Source of the DNA: Candidatus Omnitrophota bacterium
GTDB taxonomy: Bacteria > Omnitrophota > Gorgyraeia > Zapsychrales > Fredricksoniimonadaceae
DNA: 64,000 nucleotides
Direction of reading: 5' to 3'
NCBI GenBank assembly: GCA_903860135.1
Contig: CAIOPG010000007.1
Location: 2,100-66,099, forward strand
Part shown: piece after piece, positions 17,837-26,764 of the stretch
Position numbering within the stretch: the first letter of the stretch is position 1
Layout: each line of letters begins with the position of its first letter
Made by a program: the position numbers and the translations under genes
The notes under the pieces: model-generated
Told to the model about the DNA's origin: nothing
The model's input: only the letters and a program-made list of their open reading frames with translations
Database searches by the model: none

Positions 17837-19029
17837 AGATTTTCATGGTTTCTTTTACAGGGAAGGGCGGGCATCCTGTTTATGTTAATGAAGTTATTGT
17901 TGCGTTGAATAAGAATTGTTCTGCTGACGTTAAGGTGGAGTTTCTTGCTCCGCAAGATTTGGAAAAGAAATATTTTAGAAACGGCTATGTTGTTCATGCG
18001 GACCTCCCTGCATATCCTGTCCGTGGTAAAAAACTTAATGCCCTATGGCGGACCGAGCAGATTGGGCATTTTATAAGATCATATTTAGTTTGTTTCCTAT
18101 GGCTGAGGAAACAGAAGGATTCTTGTGGGGTTCATTTTCAGGATTCTCTTTGGTTATTGGGGATGTTCTTTTGGGTATTTCGTTTCTTGAAGGTGCCTTT
18201 ATTCTTTACAGTTCATAATATTAAACCCCATAAGTATTCGGGTTTGATGCCACATGTGATCGAAGAAAAGTTTTACAAATTTGTTTGGAGATCATGCGAG
18301 GGGCTTTTTGTTCATTCGCAAGGATTGAAGTCTGAGGCCATTCAATTTCTTGGGAACGGACATCCTTCGATCTATGTAGTTCCGCATGGGTTATTCTTGG
18401 TTAACAGCAGTGTGATGACCCCATTATTGATCCGCATGAACAAGAAACGGCTTCTTTTTTTCGGAGCCATAAGAGAAAACAAGGGGCTGCATCTTTTGTT
18501 GGAAGCAATGAAGTCTCTTGATGGATTTGAGTTAACGATCGCTGGCAAGATCGCGGATCATGTTTATTGGAGGGAGACGGTAACGCCTTTACTGGATTCC
18601 TTACGGTTACAAGATAAGAAAGTAACGTTGATAGATGTGTTTATTCCAGACCATGAGGTGGCGGCATTGTTTGATTCCCATAGTGCGGTGATTTTATCGT
18701 ATACGCAGGGCTTTCATTCGCAAAGCGGGGTTTTGCATCTGGCAGTGGCTTTAGACACTCCTGTTGTGGCAACATCAGTAGGGGGAATAGGTGACTTGAT
18801 CGAGAAGTATAAAGTAGGGACTTTGGCAAGATCATGCGATGCCGCACAAGTGAAGGACGCGATCTTGTCTCTCTTTAAAGAAGAGGCTGGTCAACTGCAA
18901 GCGAATTTTAATCTGGCTAAGGAAGATCTTTCCTGGGTTAAATTGGCCGCTGGTACTTGCCATGCGTATAAATTTTCACAGTCATTGAAGAAAAAGAACT
19001 GCGCCCTTGCGGATGGATGTGTTTCATGA
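17830..19029 (+). CDS. Glycosyltransferase family 4
   Basis: TVHN..PH, FFGAIRENKG and SQSGV...PVVATSVGG motifs. Confidence 0.88.
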   Translation: MLKIFMVSFTGKGGHPVYVNEVIVALNKNCSADVKVEFLAPQDLEKKYFRNGYVVHADLPAYPVRGKKLNALWRTEQIGHFIRSYLVCFLWLRKQKDSCGVHFQDSLWLLGMFFWVFRFLKVPLFFTVHNIKPHKYSGLMPHVIEEKFYKFVWRSCEGLFVHSQGLKSEAIQFLGNGHPSIYVVPHGLFLVNSSVMTPLLIRMNKKRLLFFGAIRENKGLHLLLEAMKSLDGFELTIAGKIADHVYWRETVTPLLDSLRLQDKKVTLIDVFIPDHEVAALFDSHSAVILSYTQGFHSQSGVLHLAVALDTPVVATSVGGIGDLIEKYKVGTLARSCDAAQVKDAILSLFKEEAGQLQANFNLAKEDLSWVKLAAGTCHAYKFSQSLKKKNCALADGCVS

Positions 19030-20231
19030 CGATAGTCTATATCACGGCGTTCATCCCTTTTGGCAGGACTGAATCTTTTGTTTTGGAAGAAATCTCCTCA
19101 ATAAAGGGATTGTTCTCCAATATTTTAATTATTCCCCGAAATCCTAGCAAAGAAGTTTTCCATCAAAAGGCCAAAGAGCTTGCCAAGAATGCTTTACGGC
19201 TGCCGTTGTTTAATTTTGAAATAGTGAGGGTGTTCTTTTTTTCGCTGTTGTCATTGGATGTATGGAAAGTTTTGATCAAGATCGTATTTAATTCGCGTAA
19301 TTTCAAAATATGTTTGAAGAATTTATCAATTTTCCCCAAGAGTATCTATTTGTCGCGTATTTTGAAGGAGAAGAATGTCGGCCACATTCATGCGCATTGG
19401 GCGGGTACCACGACTACGATGGCATATATCATTCATTGTTTAACAGGCATTCCGTATAGTTTTACTTCACATCGATGGGATATTTATGAGAACAATATGC
19501 TGAAGGAAAAAGTAAACACAGCCGTTTTCGCGCGGTGCATTTCCATAAAAGGCAAAAATGATGTTATTTCAATAGTTGGGCAAGAGTTTGAAAAGAAGGT
19601 GCAGGTTCTGCATTTGGGTGTTGCGCTGCCCGAACTGATCTTTAATGGCAGCCATTCTAATAAAGATTTTATAGTGATGACGCCGGCTAATCTTTTGCCC
19701 GTTAAAGGGCATCAGTATATGATTGAGGCCTGTGATCTATTAAAAAAAAGAGGGATCAAAGTAAGGTATTGGATTGTCGGCGATGGCGAACTTGAGCCCG
19801 GTTTAAAGAAGCAGGTAATAAATTTGAAATTAGGGGAAGATGTTTTATTTTTGGGTCGTGTTCCACACGAAAAGGTTATGCGGATGTACCAAAATAAAGA
19901 AGTTGATCTGGTCGTTTTGCCAAGTATTAATACGAATGATGCGCAACATGAAGGGATCCCTGTCGCTTTAATGGAGGCGATGGCATATCAAATCCCGGTT
20001 ATTTCGACAGATACAGGTTCGATCCCAGAATTGTTGGTTGATGGCGGCGGGCTTTTGGTGAGTGAGAAAAGCGCGGATGACCTGGCGGATGCTGTGGAAC
20101 GATTATTGAAGGATAAGGATTTGTATAATAATTCGGGCGTTAGCGGGCGAAGAAAGATCGAGAAAGATTTTTCAGAAAATATGATTAGCCGACGTTTGGC
20201 TGAACTGTTTTCTTCAAAAGTGCAGAAGTAA
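19026..20231 (+). CDS. Glycosyltransferase family 4 (WcaL-like)
   Basis: HIHAHW, KGH and EGIPVALMEAMA motifs. ATGA overlap with the previous stop. Confidence 0.9.
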   Translation: MTIVYITAFIPFGRTESFVLEEISSIKGLFSNILIIPRNPSKEVFHQKAKELAKNALRLPLFNFEIVRVFFFSLLSLDVWKVLIKIVFNSRNFKICLKNLSIFPKSIYLSRILKEKNVGHIHAHWAGTTTTMAYIIHCLTGIPYSFTSHRWDIYENNMLKEKVNTAVFARCISIKGKNDVISIVGQEFEKKVQVLHLGVALPELIFNGSHSNKDFIVMTPANLLPVKGHQYMIEACDLLKKRGIKVRYWIVGDGELEPGLKKQVINLKLGEDVLFLGRVPHEKVMRMYQNKEVDLVVLPSINTNDAQHEGIPVALMEAMAYQIPVISTDTGSIPELLVDGGGLLVSEKSADDLADAVERLLKDKDLYNNSGVSGRRKIEKDFSENMISRRLAELFSSKVQK

Positions 20232-20233
20232 AC

Positions 20234-21391
20234 ATGAAATTCTTTACATTTTATTTTAAATATATTTCGGCAGGGCTATTTTTGTTGAACAGTTTGTGTT
20301 TAGCATCTTTTTGTCATGCCGACAGTTGGCGCTTGGGCTTGTCCCATCAGTTGGTTTTAGACGGAAAAGAGTTTTTCCCTATCGGAATGTATGGCGTATA
20401 TTCAGCGGATGGTGTTGAGGCGTTAAAAGAGTTAAAAGCGGCTGGCTTTAACGCGGTTCAGACGTATGTCTATAGCAAAAAGTATTTACAAGATTATTTA
20501 AGGGAAGCTCAGCAGGTTGGTTTAAGGGCATTTATTTATCCAGGAACGAGACTTAGCCGGGATGAGGTCGACCCATTAGGTAAGGTTGCCTCGATGGTAA
20601 AGACTTTAAGTGAGAAGGACGCTGTTTTGGCTTGGCAACTTGCTGATGAGCCGGAATATAATAAAATATTGCCTGAGCAAGTAGAGGAATTGCGAAGACG
20701 TATTCATTTAGGAGATCGGTCAAGGCCAACAGCTTTGGTCATAGCAAAATCGAATAATTATAAAAATTATGCTCCAGTAACGGATATTATGATTGTTGAT
20801 CCTTATCCCGTGTCTAAAGAGCCATTGACTGGGATTTCAGATGCGGTTGAGAAGGCGAGGATTGCTGTTAAAAATAAAAAGCCCGTTTGGGTGGTAGTAC
20901 AGCTTTTTGGCTATCAGAATGAACAGCATAAAGGATATGGAAGAAAGCGAGAGCCTACTATTGAAGAAGTTCGCTGCATGACCTACCTTGCCATTGTGCA
21001 TGGGGCTAAGGGGATCTTTTATTTTGCTTATCATGGCAGTCAGTATGATGTGAGGTTATCGCCCAAGTATTGGGAAGGGGTTAAGGGGATCGCGGGTGAG
21101 TTGAGAGATCTCACACCTGTTTTATTGGCATCAGGAAATGGCAAGAAGATTAATGTACAGGATCAAGGGGGGGGGCAGAAAGCAATACATTCTTTGGTTA
21201 AAAAGCTTGATGGCAAGAAGTATCTTTTTGCGGTGAATACATTAAATGCACCTGTGCATGGTATTATCTTAGGCGTCGAAGGATCTGTTCAGCAAATTGG
21301 CGTAGAGTTTGAAAGTCGCAATGTTGATCGTGTCGATGGCGTTTTTGTGGATAATTTTGCCCCCTATGCCGTACATATTTACAAGATCTGA
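20234..21391 (+). CDS. Secreted TIM-barrel glycoside-hydrolase-like protein (clan GH-A-like)
   Basis: Signal peptide, DGKEFFPIGMY, AGFNAV, WQLADEPE, DPYP, and YLAIVHGAKGIFYF motifs. Confidence 0.6.
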   Translation: MKFFTFYFKYISAGLFLLNSLCLASFCHADSWRLGLSHQLVLDGKEFFPIGMYGVYSADGVEALKELKAAGFNAVQTYVYSKKYLQDYLREAQQVGLRAFIYPGTRLSRDEVDPLGKVASMVKTLSEKDAVLAWQLADEPEYNKILPEQVEELRRRIHLGDRSRPTALVIAKSNNYKNYAPVTDIMIVDPYPVSKEPLTGISDAVEKARIAVKNKKPVWVVVQLFGYQNEQHKGYGRKREPTIEEVRCMTYLAIVHGAKGIFYFAYHGSQYDVRLSPKYWEGVKGIAGELRDLTPVLLASGNGKKINVQDQGGGQKAIHSLVKKLDGKKYLFAVNTLNAPVHGIILGVEGSVQQIGVEFESRNVDRVDGVFVDNFAPYAVHIYKI

Positions 21392-21400
21392 GGATTTAAA

Positions 21401-21526
21401 ATGTCTGAATTTATTTCCGTCATTATTCCCTGCCGCAACGAAGAGAAATTCATCGCCGGATGTCTGGGGAAAAGAGGGGATACGTTGACGATCAGTATGC
21501 GATCAGCCGTATTCTGGCTCAAATGA
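21401..21526 (+). pseudogene. 5' fragment of a GT2 gene (near-copy of the start of the 22169 gene) joined to unrelated sequence
   Basis: MSEFISVIIPCRNEEKFIAGCL versus MNDFFISVIIPCRNEERFIAKCL at 22169. Similarity stops at ~21467 and the frame ends after 41 aa. Confidence 0.8.
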
Positions 21527-21545
21527 AGAAGTAGCTTGAAAATAA

Positions 21546-21585
21546 TTATACTACAAATATTTATTATGGTATTGTTGTAGTGTAA
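21546..21585. promoter_or_regulatory. Inverted repeat TTATACTACAA-N18-TTGTAGTGTAA, probable operator
   Basis: 11-bp arms with one mismatch, immediately upstream of the small basic gene. Confidence 0.5.
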
Positions 21586-21597
21586 ATGGAGGCGGAT

Positions 21598-21903
21598 ATG
21601 GATGTTCTAAATGGCGTTCTTATAGAAAGCAAAAAGCACTATGGTGATCTGGCTAAACGGATCGTAAGAGATTTGAAGTCTTTACCATTAGGAAGTGTAA
21701 AAAAGCGCAAGATCTCCGGCGCGATCTATTATTACTTACAGAAGCGCATTGGGAAGAAGGTGGTACATAAATATTTGGGTAAAGAAAACCCGGCAGATTT
21801 GCTTAAACAAATTGCTGAACGGCGGGCACTTAAAGCTGAATTGAAGAAGGTTGAGGAAGGGCTGAAAGTGGTGCGCCGTGCTCAAGGGAGGAAGCGTGCT
21901 TGA
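21598..21903 (+). CDS. Small basic putative DNA-binding/antitoxin-like protein
   Basis: GGAGG RBS before ATG 21598 (alternative start 21586). LPLGSVKKRKISGAIYYYLQKRIGKKVVHKYLG motif flanked by coiled coils. Overlaps the start of the nucleotidyltransferase remnant. Confidence 0.65.
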   Translation: MDVLNGVLIESKKHYGDLAKRIVRDLKSLPLGSVKKRKISGAIYYYLQKRIGKKVVHKYLGKENPADLLKQIAERRALKAELKKVEEGLKVVRRAQGRKRA

Positions 21904-22143
21904 GTTCATTGGGGATATTCTGAAGGTTATTTCAAAGAACGGGCTCTTCGATGAAGGCGTTGAGTTGATCGGGAGTTGGTCTTTTCTTGTTTATCAGAAA
22001 TATCTTGGAGCTAGGTCGTTGCCTTTTGTAACACAGGGTGGCAGTCAGATATTTTAAAGGTTTTAATACATGCGGGTAAGGTCCTTCCTCTTTATAGAAA
22101 AGAGATAGAACGGATAGATCTTGCCCTGCAAATTTCAAGATAA
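21896..22143 (+). pseudogene. Internally deleted nucleotidyltransferase-fold gene (GSU2403-like)
   Basis: AGGGAGG RBS plus GTG. Reads ...GLFDEGVELIGSWSFLVYQKYLGARSLPFVTQ, breaks where the T-x-D-x-D motif is expected, and stops at 22057. Another frame gives a C-terminus-like WQSDILKVL...LQISR* ending at 22143. Confidence 0.6.
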
Positions 22144-22168
22144 CTTCTAAGGTATTGATAGGTTTCTT

Positions 22169-23206
22169 ATGAATGACTTTTTTATTTCCGTCATTATCCC
22201 CTGCCGCAATGAAGAAAGATTCATCGCCAAGTGTCTGGATTGTATTTTAGGGCAGAATTATCCGCAGGGGAAGATGGAGATTCTCATTGCTGATGGCGGA
22301 AGCACGGATGATACGAGAAAGATACTGGAGGTCTATGCTCAGAAGTTTCCTCAGGTGCGCTGGTTTGATAATCCGGGCAAGATAGTCCCAACTGGGTTGA
22401 ATATTCTTATTCGTCAGACTAAGGGGAAAATCATTGTTCGCATGGATGCCCACAATGAGTATCCTGAAGATTATATTTCAAAATGTGTTAAGGCACTTAT
22501 TGAACATAAAGCTGATAACGTGGGCGGATTGTGGATCACGCGGCCTAGTGCGAATACATTGACAGCAAAGGCTATTGCGCTGGCTGTTTCTACGGGTTTT
22601 GGTGTTGGCAATGTTTCATACAAGTTGGGAGTTAAGGTGGCAACGGCTGTTGATACGGTCCCATTCGGATGTTTCCGTCGTGATATCTTTGACAAGGTCG
22701 GATTGTTCGATGAAGATATGGTGCGGGCGCAAGATAGCGAATTAAACCACAGGATCATCAAGAGTGGCGGGAAAATAATGTTGATCCCTGATATCTTTTC
22801 TTATTATCACGCAAGAGATAGTTTTTCGAAGCTTTTGAGAATGTATTCTCAGTATGGTTATTTTAAGGTCTTTACAGCGGTGAAGTTGGGAAGTGTTTTT
22901 ACGGTAAGGCAATTGATCCCGGCAATATTTGTTAGTTCGGTCCTGTTGTTAGCGGTGCTTGGTATCGTTCAGCCTGTTTTTTGGTGGTTGTTTGTGGCAG
23001 ATCTTGGGGTCTATGCTGCGGCTAATATCTTGTTCTCAGCAAAATTAGCCATGAAAGAAGATGTAAGGCTTTTTCCGTTCTTGGTTTGGGCTTTTTGTTT
23101 GATCCACGCTTGCTTTGGGTTTAATTATTTACGAGGGGTTGTGGATTTCTGGTTTTTAAAGAAACACTTACATATGAAGATATCCGATCTTCCTTTGACG
23201 CGTTGA
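22169..23206 (+). CDS. Glycosyltransferase family 2 (succinoglycan ExoA-like)
   Basis: IIPCRNEE, DGGSTD, RMDAH, VDTVPFG and QDSELN motifs. C-terminal TMs. Confidence 0.9.
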   Translation: MNDFFISVIIPCRNEERFIAKCLDCILGQNYPQGKMEILIADGGSTDDTRKILEVYAQKFPQVRWFDNPGKIVPTGLNILIRQTKGKIIVRMDAHNEYPEDYISKCVKALIEHKADNVGGLWITRPSANTLTAKAIALAVSTGFGVGNVSYKLGVKVATAVDTVPFGCFRRDIFDKVGLFDEDMVRAQDSELNHRIIKSGGKIMLIPDIFSYYHARDSFSKLLRMYSQYGYFKVFTAVKLGSVFTVRQLIPAIFVSSVLLLAVLGIVQPVFWWLFVADLGVYAAANILFSAKLAMKEDVRLFPFLVWAFCLIHACFGFNYLRGVVDFWFLKKHLHMKISDLPLTR

Positions 23207-23231
23207 TGGCAGGGGCTAAAAGGGGCTTTGT

Positions 23232-24605
23232 ATGATAAAAGAACATAATCGTTTCAGGACAGGAGTTCTTTGCGGTGGAGATATTCTTGTCCTCTTATCG
23301 GCGGCGATATTGGCCTTTTTGACGCGCTTTGGGTTAGAGTGGCATGAGCGGCAGTATTATGCGGTGCCGCTGTTGATCCTTGTGGGGGTGTATTTTTTTT
23401 GTTTTTATGTTTTTAATCTTTACGAACAGCATTTGCGTTATAAAAGCGTTTATTTTCTTTCACGTTTTGTGGTTGCTGTCATTGCAGGATTTGCGATCAT
23501 GGCATTTGTGTCGTATATGGTGCCATTCTTGGAAGTAGGCCGTGGGTTGGCATTGTTAAGTTCGATCTATTTGTTGGTGCTCTTGCCTGTTTGGCGTTTC
23601 ATTTTTGAAGAGGTTTTCTTGTTCAATCTGTTGCGCAAGCGCGTGCTTATTGTCGGAGCAGGGTACGCGGGTCGTTATATTGCGGATGTTGTTAAGAAAG
23701 ATCGTAATTTTGAGCCTGTCGGTTTTATTGATGATGCGGCAGATAAGCATAATATGGTCATAGGGGGGGTCAAAGTGATCGGGGGCTCCGAACTTTTGCC
23801 TGCCATGGCAAGAGATAAAGCTGTGGATATTGTGGTGGTCGCAATCACGAATGAACGCAGCAATGAACTTTTCAACCGTCTTTTTTCTGTCAAAATGGCG
23901 GGCATTACGATCATGGATCTTCCTGCTTTGTATGAGGCGGTTACGGGAAAGATCCCTGTTTCGCATTTGCGCATAGGGTGGCTTGTGTTTTCTTCATTCA
24001 ATGCCATAAGCCGGCATCGTTTCGCCGAGTTGAAAAGATATTTTGATCTGTCTTTGGCGTTGGTTTTGCTTATTGTGACCACCCCGCTTATGTTGCTTCT
24101 GATGATCCTTATCAAGTTGGATTCCAGGGGGCCGGTTTTTTATAGACAAAAGAGGGTCGGGAAGAACGGCAAAGAATTTGTGATGTATAAATTCAGGTCC
24201 ATGGTCGTTGACGCAGAAAAGAAAGAGGGCGGCTTGTATACTTTGACCCGAGATGCGCGTGTGACGCGCCTGGGGGGAATATTGCGCAAAATCCGTTTTG
24301 ATGAACTGCCGCAACTTTGGAATATTTTTATCGGGGACATGAGCCTTGTCGGACCCAGGCCTGAGGCGGTGGAACTTTCAGAGAAATATCAGAAGATCAT
24401 TCCGCATTATATCATGCGCCATGTGGTACGTCCGGGTCTCAGTGGATGGGCGCAGGTGCGATATTCTTACAGCGCTTCAACTGAGGACGCACTGGAAAAG
24501 TTTAAATATGATATGTATTACCTGAAAAACATGTCTTTCACTCTCGATGTTCAGGTTATATTGAAGACCATTAGTGTTATTGTTTTTCGAGATGGTTCCC
24601 GTTGA
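23232..24605 (+). CDS. Priming polyprenyl-phosphate sugar phosphotransferase (WcaJ/WbaP-like)
   Basis: 4 TMs, Rossmann-like IVGAG domain, KRYFD, KFRSM, DELPQLWN, GDMSLVGPRPE and PGLSGWAQV motifs. Confidence 0.93.
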   Translation: MIKEHNRFRTGVLCGGDILVLLSAAILAFLTRFGLEWHERQYYAVPLLILVGVYFFCFYVFNLYEQHLRYKSVYFLSRFVVAVIAGFAIMAFVSYMVPFLEVGRGLALLSSIYLLVLLPVWRFIFEEVFLFNLLRKRVLIVGAGYAGRYIADVVKKDRNFEPVGFIDDAADKHNMVIGGVKVIGGSELLPAMARDKAVDIVVVAITNERSNELFNRLFSVKMAGITIMDLPALYEAVTGKIPVSHLRIGWLVFSSFNAISRHRFAELKRYFDLSLALVLLIVTTPLMLLLMILIKLDSRGPVFYRQKRVGKNGKEFVMYKFRSMVVDAEKKEGGLYTLTRDARVTRLGGILRKIRFDELPQLWNIFIGDMSLVGPRPEAVELSEKYQKIIPHYIMRHVVRPGLSGWAQVRYSYSASTEDALEKFKYDMYYLKNMSFTLDVQVILKTISVIVFRDGSR

Positions 24606-24629
24606 TCGATAAAGTTTCAAATGTATAAT
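24602..24629 (+). promoter_or_regulatory. Sigma70-like promoter TTGATC-N16-TATAAT
   Basis: Consensus -10 hexamer, followed by an AAGGAG RBS before ATG 24656. Confidence 0.5.
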
Positions 24630-24655
24630 GGCATGAATAATTAAGGAGCTTTATT

Positions 24656-25501
24656 ATGCGCGGATTGTTGATCTTCTGTTCCCTGTTCCTGGCCGGGTGC
24701 GGCCAGCCGCCGTCGCTGCCAAAGGATGTTGTGGCCCGGGTGAATAATTACATGATCACCGCCGGGGAGTTCAAGCACGACCTTGACGGCTCGCTGGCCG
24801 TGTTCAAGAACTATCCGGATATTTCCCCGGCTCTTGTCAAAGAAAAGATCCTTGATGAGATGATCGTTAACGAGCTCCTTCTTGAAGAAGCCCAGAAACT
24901 CAACTTCGACAAGCAGGAGGCGTTCATGCGCGAGGTTGAGGGGTATTGGCGACAGGCCTTGCTTAAAGCGATCCTGCAGGAAAAGAACAGGGAATTCCTG
25001 GCCGGTGTGGCGGTGCCCGATGCAACGCTGCGCGCGCTTTATGCGCGTGAAGGCGAACAGCTTGAATTGACCATCACCTATCTTGTTGATGAAGCGGCGG
25101 CCAAAGAAATGTCCGGGGCAGGAGATGGCGCCATAGCCGTTCAAGAAAAACTTGGGGCCAGGATTTTACGTCAGGAAACTGGCTGGTGGATGTCGGGTGA
25201 TTTTCCGGCATTGGTGGAAGCGTCCGTATGGGGACTTAAAACAGGCGAGGTCAGCCAGCCCCTTTTTATCCCGCAGGACGGGTGGGTGGTGATGAAGGTT
25301 GTTTCCAAAGAAGTTATCCGGCAAAAGCCGTTTGAGGCCGTGGCGCCTGATTTACGGAAAAGGGCATCGGTGCAATCTGCCCAGGTCATGATTGACGGTT
25401 GGGTTGCCGCATTGAGGGCGAAGGCACAGATCGTTAAGGCCCAACAGGTCATTGACCGTGTGGCATTCTCAACGCAGGAAGGAGTTCGTGATGACAAATA
25501 A
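24656..25501 (+). CDS. SurA-N/PpiC-type foldase lipoprotein (EpsD-like)
   Basis: Lipobox LAGC, VVARVN..IT, ELLLEEAQKL, degenerate parvulin segment LKTGEVSQP...GWVVMKV. Confidence 0.7.
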   Translation: MRGLLIFCSLFLAGCGQPPSLPKDVVARVNNYMITAGEFKHDLDGSLAVFKNYPDISPALVKEKILDEMIVNELLLEEAQKLNFDKQEAFMREVEGYWRQALLKAILQEKNREFLAGVAVPDATLRALYAREGEQLELTITYLVDEAAAKEMSGAGDGAIAVQEKLGARILRQETGWWMSGDFPALVEASVWGLKTGEVSQPLFIPQDGWVVMKVVSKEVIRQKPFEAVAPDLRKRASVQSAQVMIDGWVAALRAKAQIVKAQQVIDRVAFSTQEGVRDDK

Positions 25502-26048
25502 CGACTCATGGGCCAATCGCCGCAAGATCCTTATTGTCGATAAGGAATTTCAGAACAAGTTCATTATTAAATTCTTTGCCATGGTCACCGCCGGGTCGGT
25601 GGTAACAGGGACGATCATCTATTCTTTCTGCGGGCGCACCTTGACGACGGTATTCAGGGATTCGCGTTTGAAGATCATGAGTACGGCTGATTTTATTTTT
25701 CCCGGGCTTGTGCTGAGTGCTATCCTGGTCATTCTTGTTGTTGGAGCGGCGACAGTATTCATGGCGCTTTACGTTTCTCACCGCATCGCCGGGCCTGTTT
25801 ATCGTATGCATCAGGATATCTTAAGCCTGCACGCGGGCAATCTTAAACAGATCTTCCGTCTGCGCGACAAAGACGAGATGAAACCACTGGCGCAGGCACT
25901 CAATGATATGGCGCGCAAGGTACAGCAGGATATTTCTATCCTCAAGGCGGAGGTGGCGGCACTCGAAAAAAGCGGGCAGGAACTTTCAAGCCCGGCGCAA
26001 GAGCATGTGAAGAATATGAAAAGGGTCTTGGATCATTATCATGTATAA
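25491..26048 (+). CDS. Small 2-TM HAMP-domain protein without output domain
   Basis: RRKILIVDKEFQ, two TMs, then SHRIAGPVYR...GNL...LRDKDE...LA..LN.M and a short coiled coil. Confidence 0.7.
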   Translation: MTNNDSWANRRKILIVDKEFQNKFIIKFFAMVTAGSVVTGTIIYSFCGRTLTTVFRDSRLKIMSTADFIFPGLVLSAILVILVVGAATVFMALYVSHRIAGPVYRMHQDILSLHAGNLKQIFRLRDKDEMKPLAQALNDMARKVQQDISILKAEVAALEKSGQELSSPAQEHVKNMKRVLDHYHV

Positions 26049-26649
26049 GATGTTTTTCACGGGTATATTCCTGACAGGGGTGCTGGGGGCGTTGGCGTGT
26101 GCCCAGGAGGCAACGGCACTGCCGCCTGTTCCCGTTATTGCCGCTGTTCCGACGGGCGTCGAGGGGTTCTTGGAGGTCAAAGGCAATACGGTTTATCTTT
26201 ATTATTTGCCGACGACGAATTTGCGCAAGATCGAGGCCCGCCTGCGCAGCCGTTATTTGCCCTTGGCGCCGCAATACCGCGAGCTTTTCACCAGTCCGTC
26301 GTATCCCGTGGAAAGCCGTATCAGTGCCCGCCTTCAATTTTTGCTCATGCGGGTAGAAGATATCCTGGGGATGAAGCCCCTGATCGCCAAAGTCAGCATT
26401 GAGGTATTGGGATCTCGGCGTGATTTGCAGGCAAAATGCTTCGAACTTGTGCACGCGAATGAGGCTTACAAGGCGTTCTATGCGCATGGTTTGCGTACGA
26501 TCTTTTCTTCCGAACAGGACATCATCGATTCCATTATCGCCCATGAATTAGGGCACGCCGTCATTGATCATTACTTCATGGTTCCCCCGCCTTCCAAAGT
26601 AGCTGAACTTCTGGCGGGTTATGTGGATGAACACCTGGAGCGTGAGTAA
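26041..26649 (+). CDS. Exported protein with HEXXH zincin motif
   Basis: Signal peptide, IAHELGH motif and a downstream E (AELLA). Confidence 0.55.
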   Translation: MYKMFFTGIFLTGVLGALACAQEATALPPVPVIAAVPTGVEGFLEVKGNTVYLYYLPTTNLRKIEARLRSRYLPLAPQYRELFTSPSYPVESRISARLQFLLMRVEDILGMKPLIAKVSIEVLGSRRDLQAKCFELVHANEAYKAFYAHGLRTIFSSEQDIIDSIIAHELGHAVIDHYFMVPPPSKVAELLAGYVDEHLERE

Positions 26650-26714
26650 GGGCGGTTCAGGGCAACGTGTGCGGCGATGGATCGTTTTTCCGGAGCCTGA
26701 AGCGAAGCCGGTTA

Positions 26715-26753
26715 TTGACAGGTGATTCGTCATATATTATATTATATGACGAA
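26715..26753 (+). promoter_or_regulatory. Sigma70 promoter TTGACA-N17-TATATT overlapped by perfect 11-bp inverted repeat TTCGTCATATA-N6-TATATGACGAA
   Basis: Read directly from the sequence. Arms at 26726-26736 and 26743-26753 straddle the -10 element. Confidence 0.75.
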
Positions 26754-26764
26754 AGAGGTGACAT

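Noticed and set aside
26650-26714. Integron attC site or terminator before the DUF4143 gene
   Set aside because: Only a 6-bp stem (TTCAGG/CCTGAA), no RYYYAAC/GTTRRRY boxes and no U-tract.
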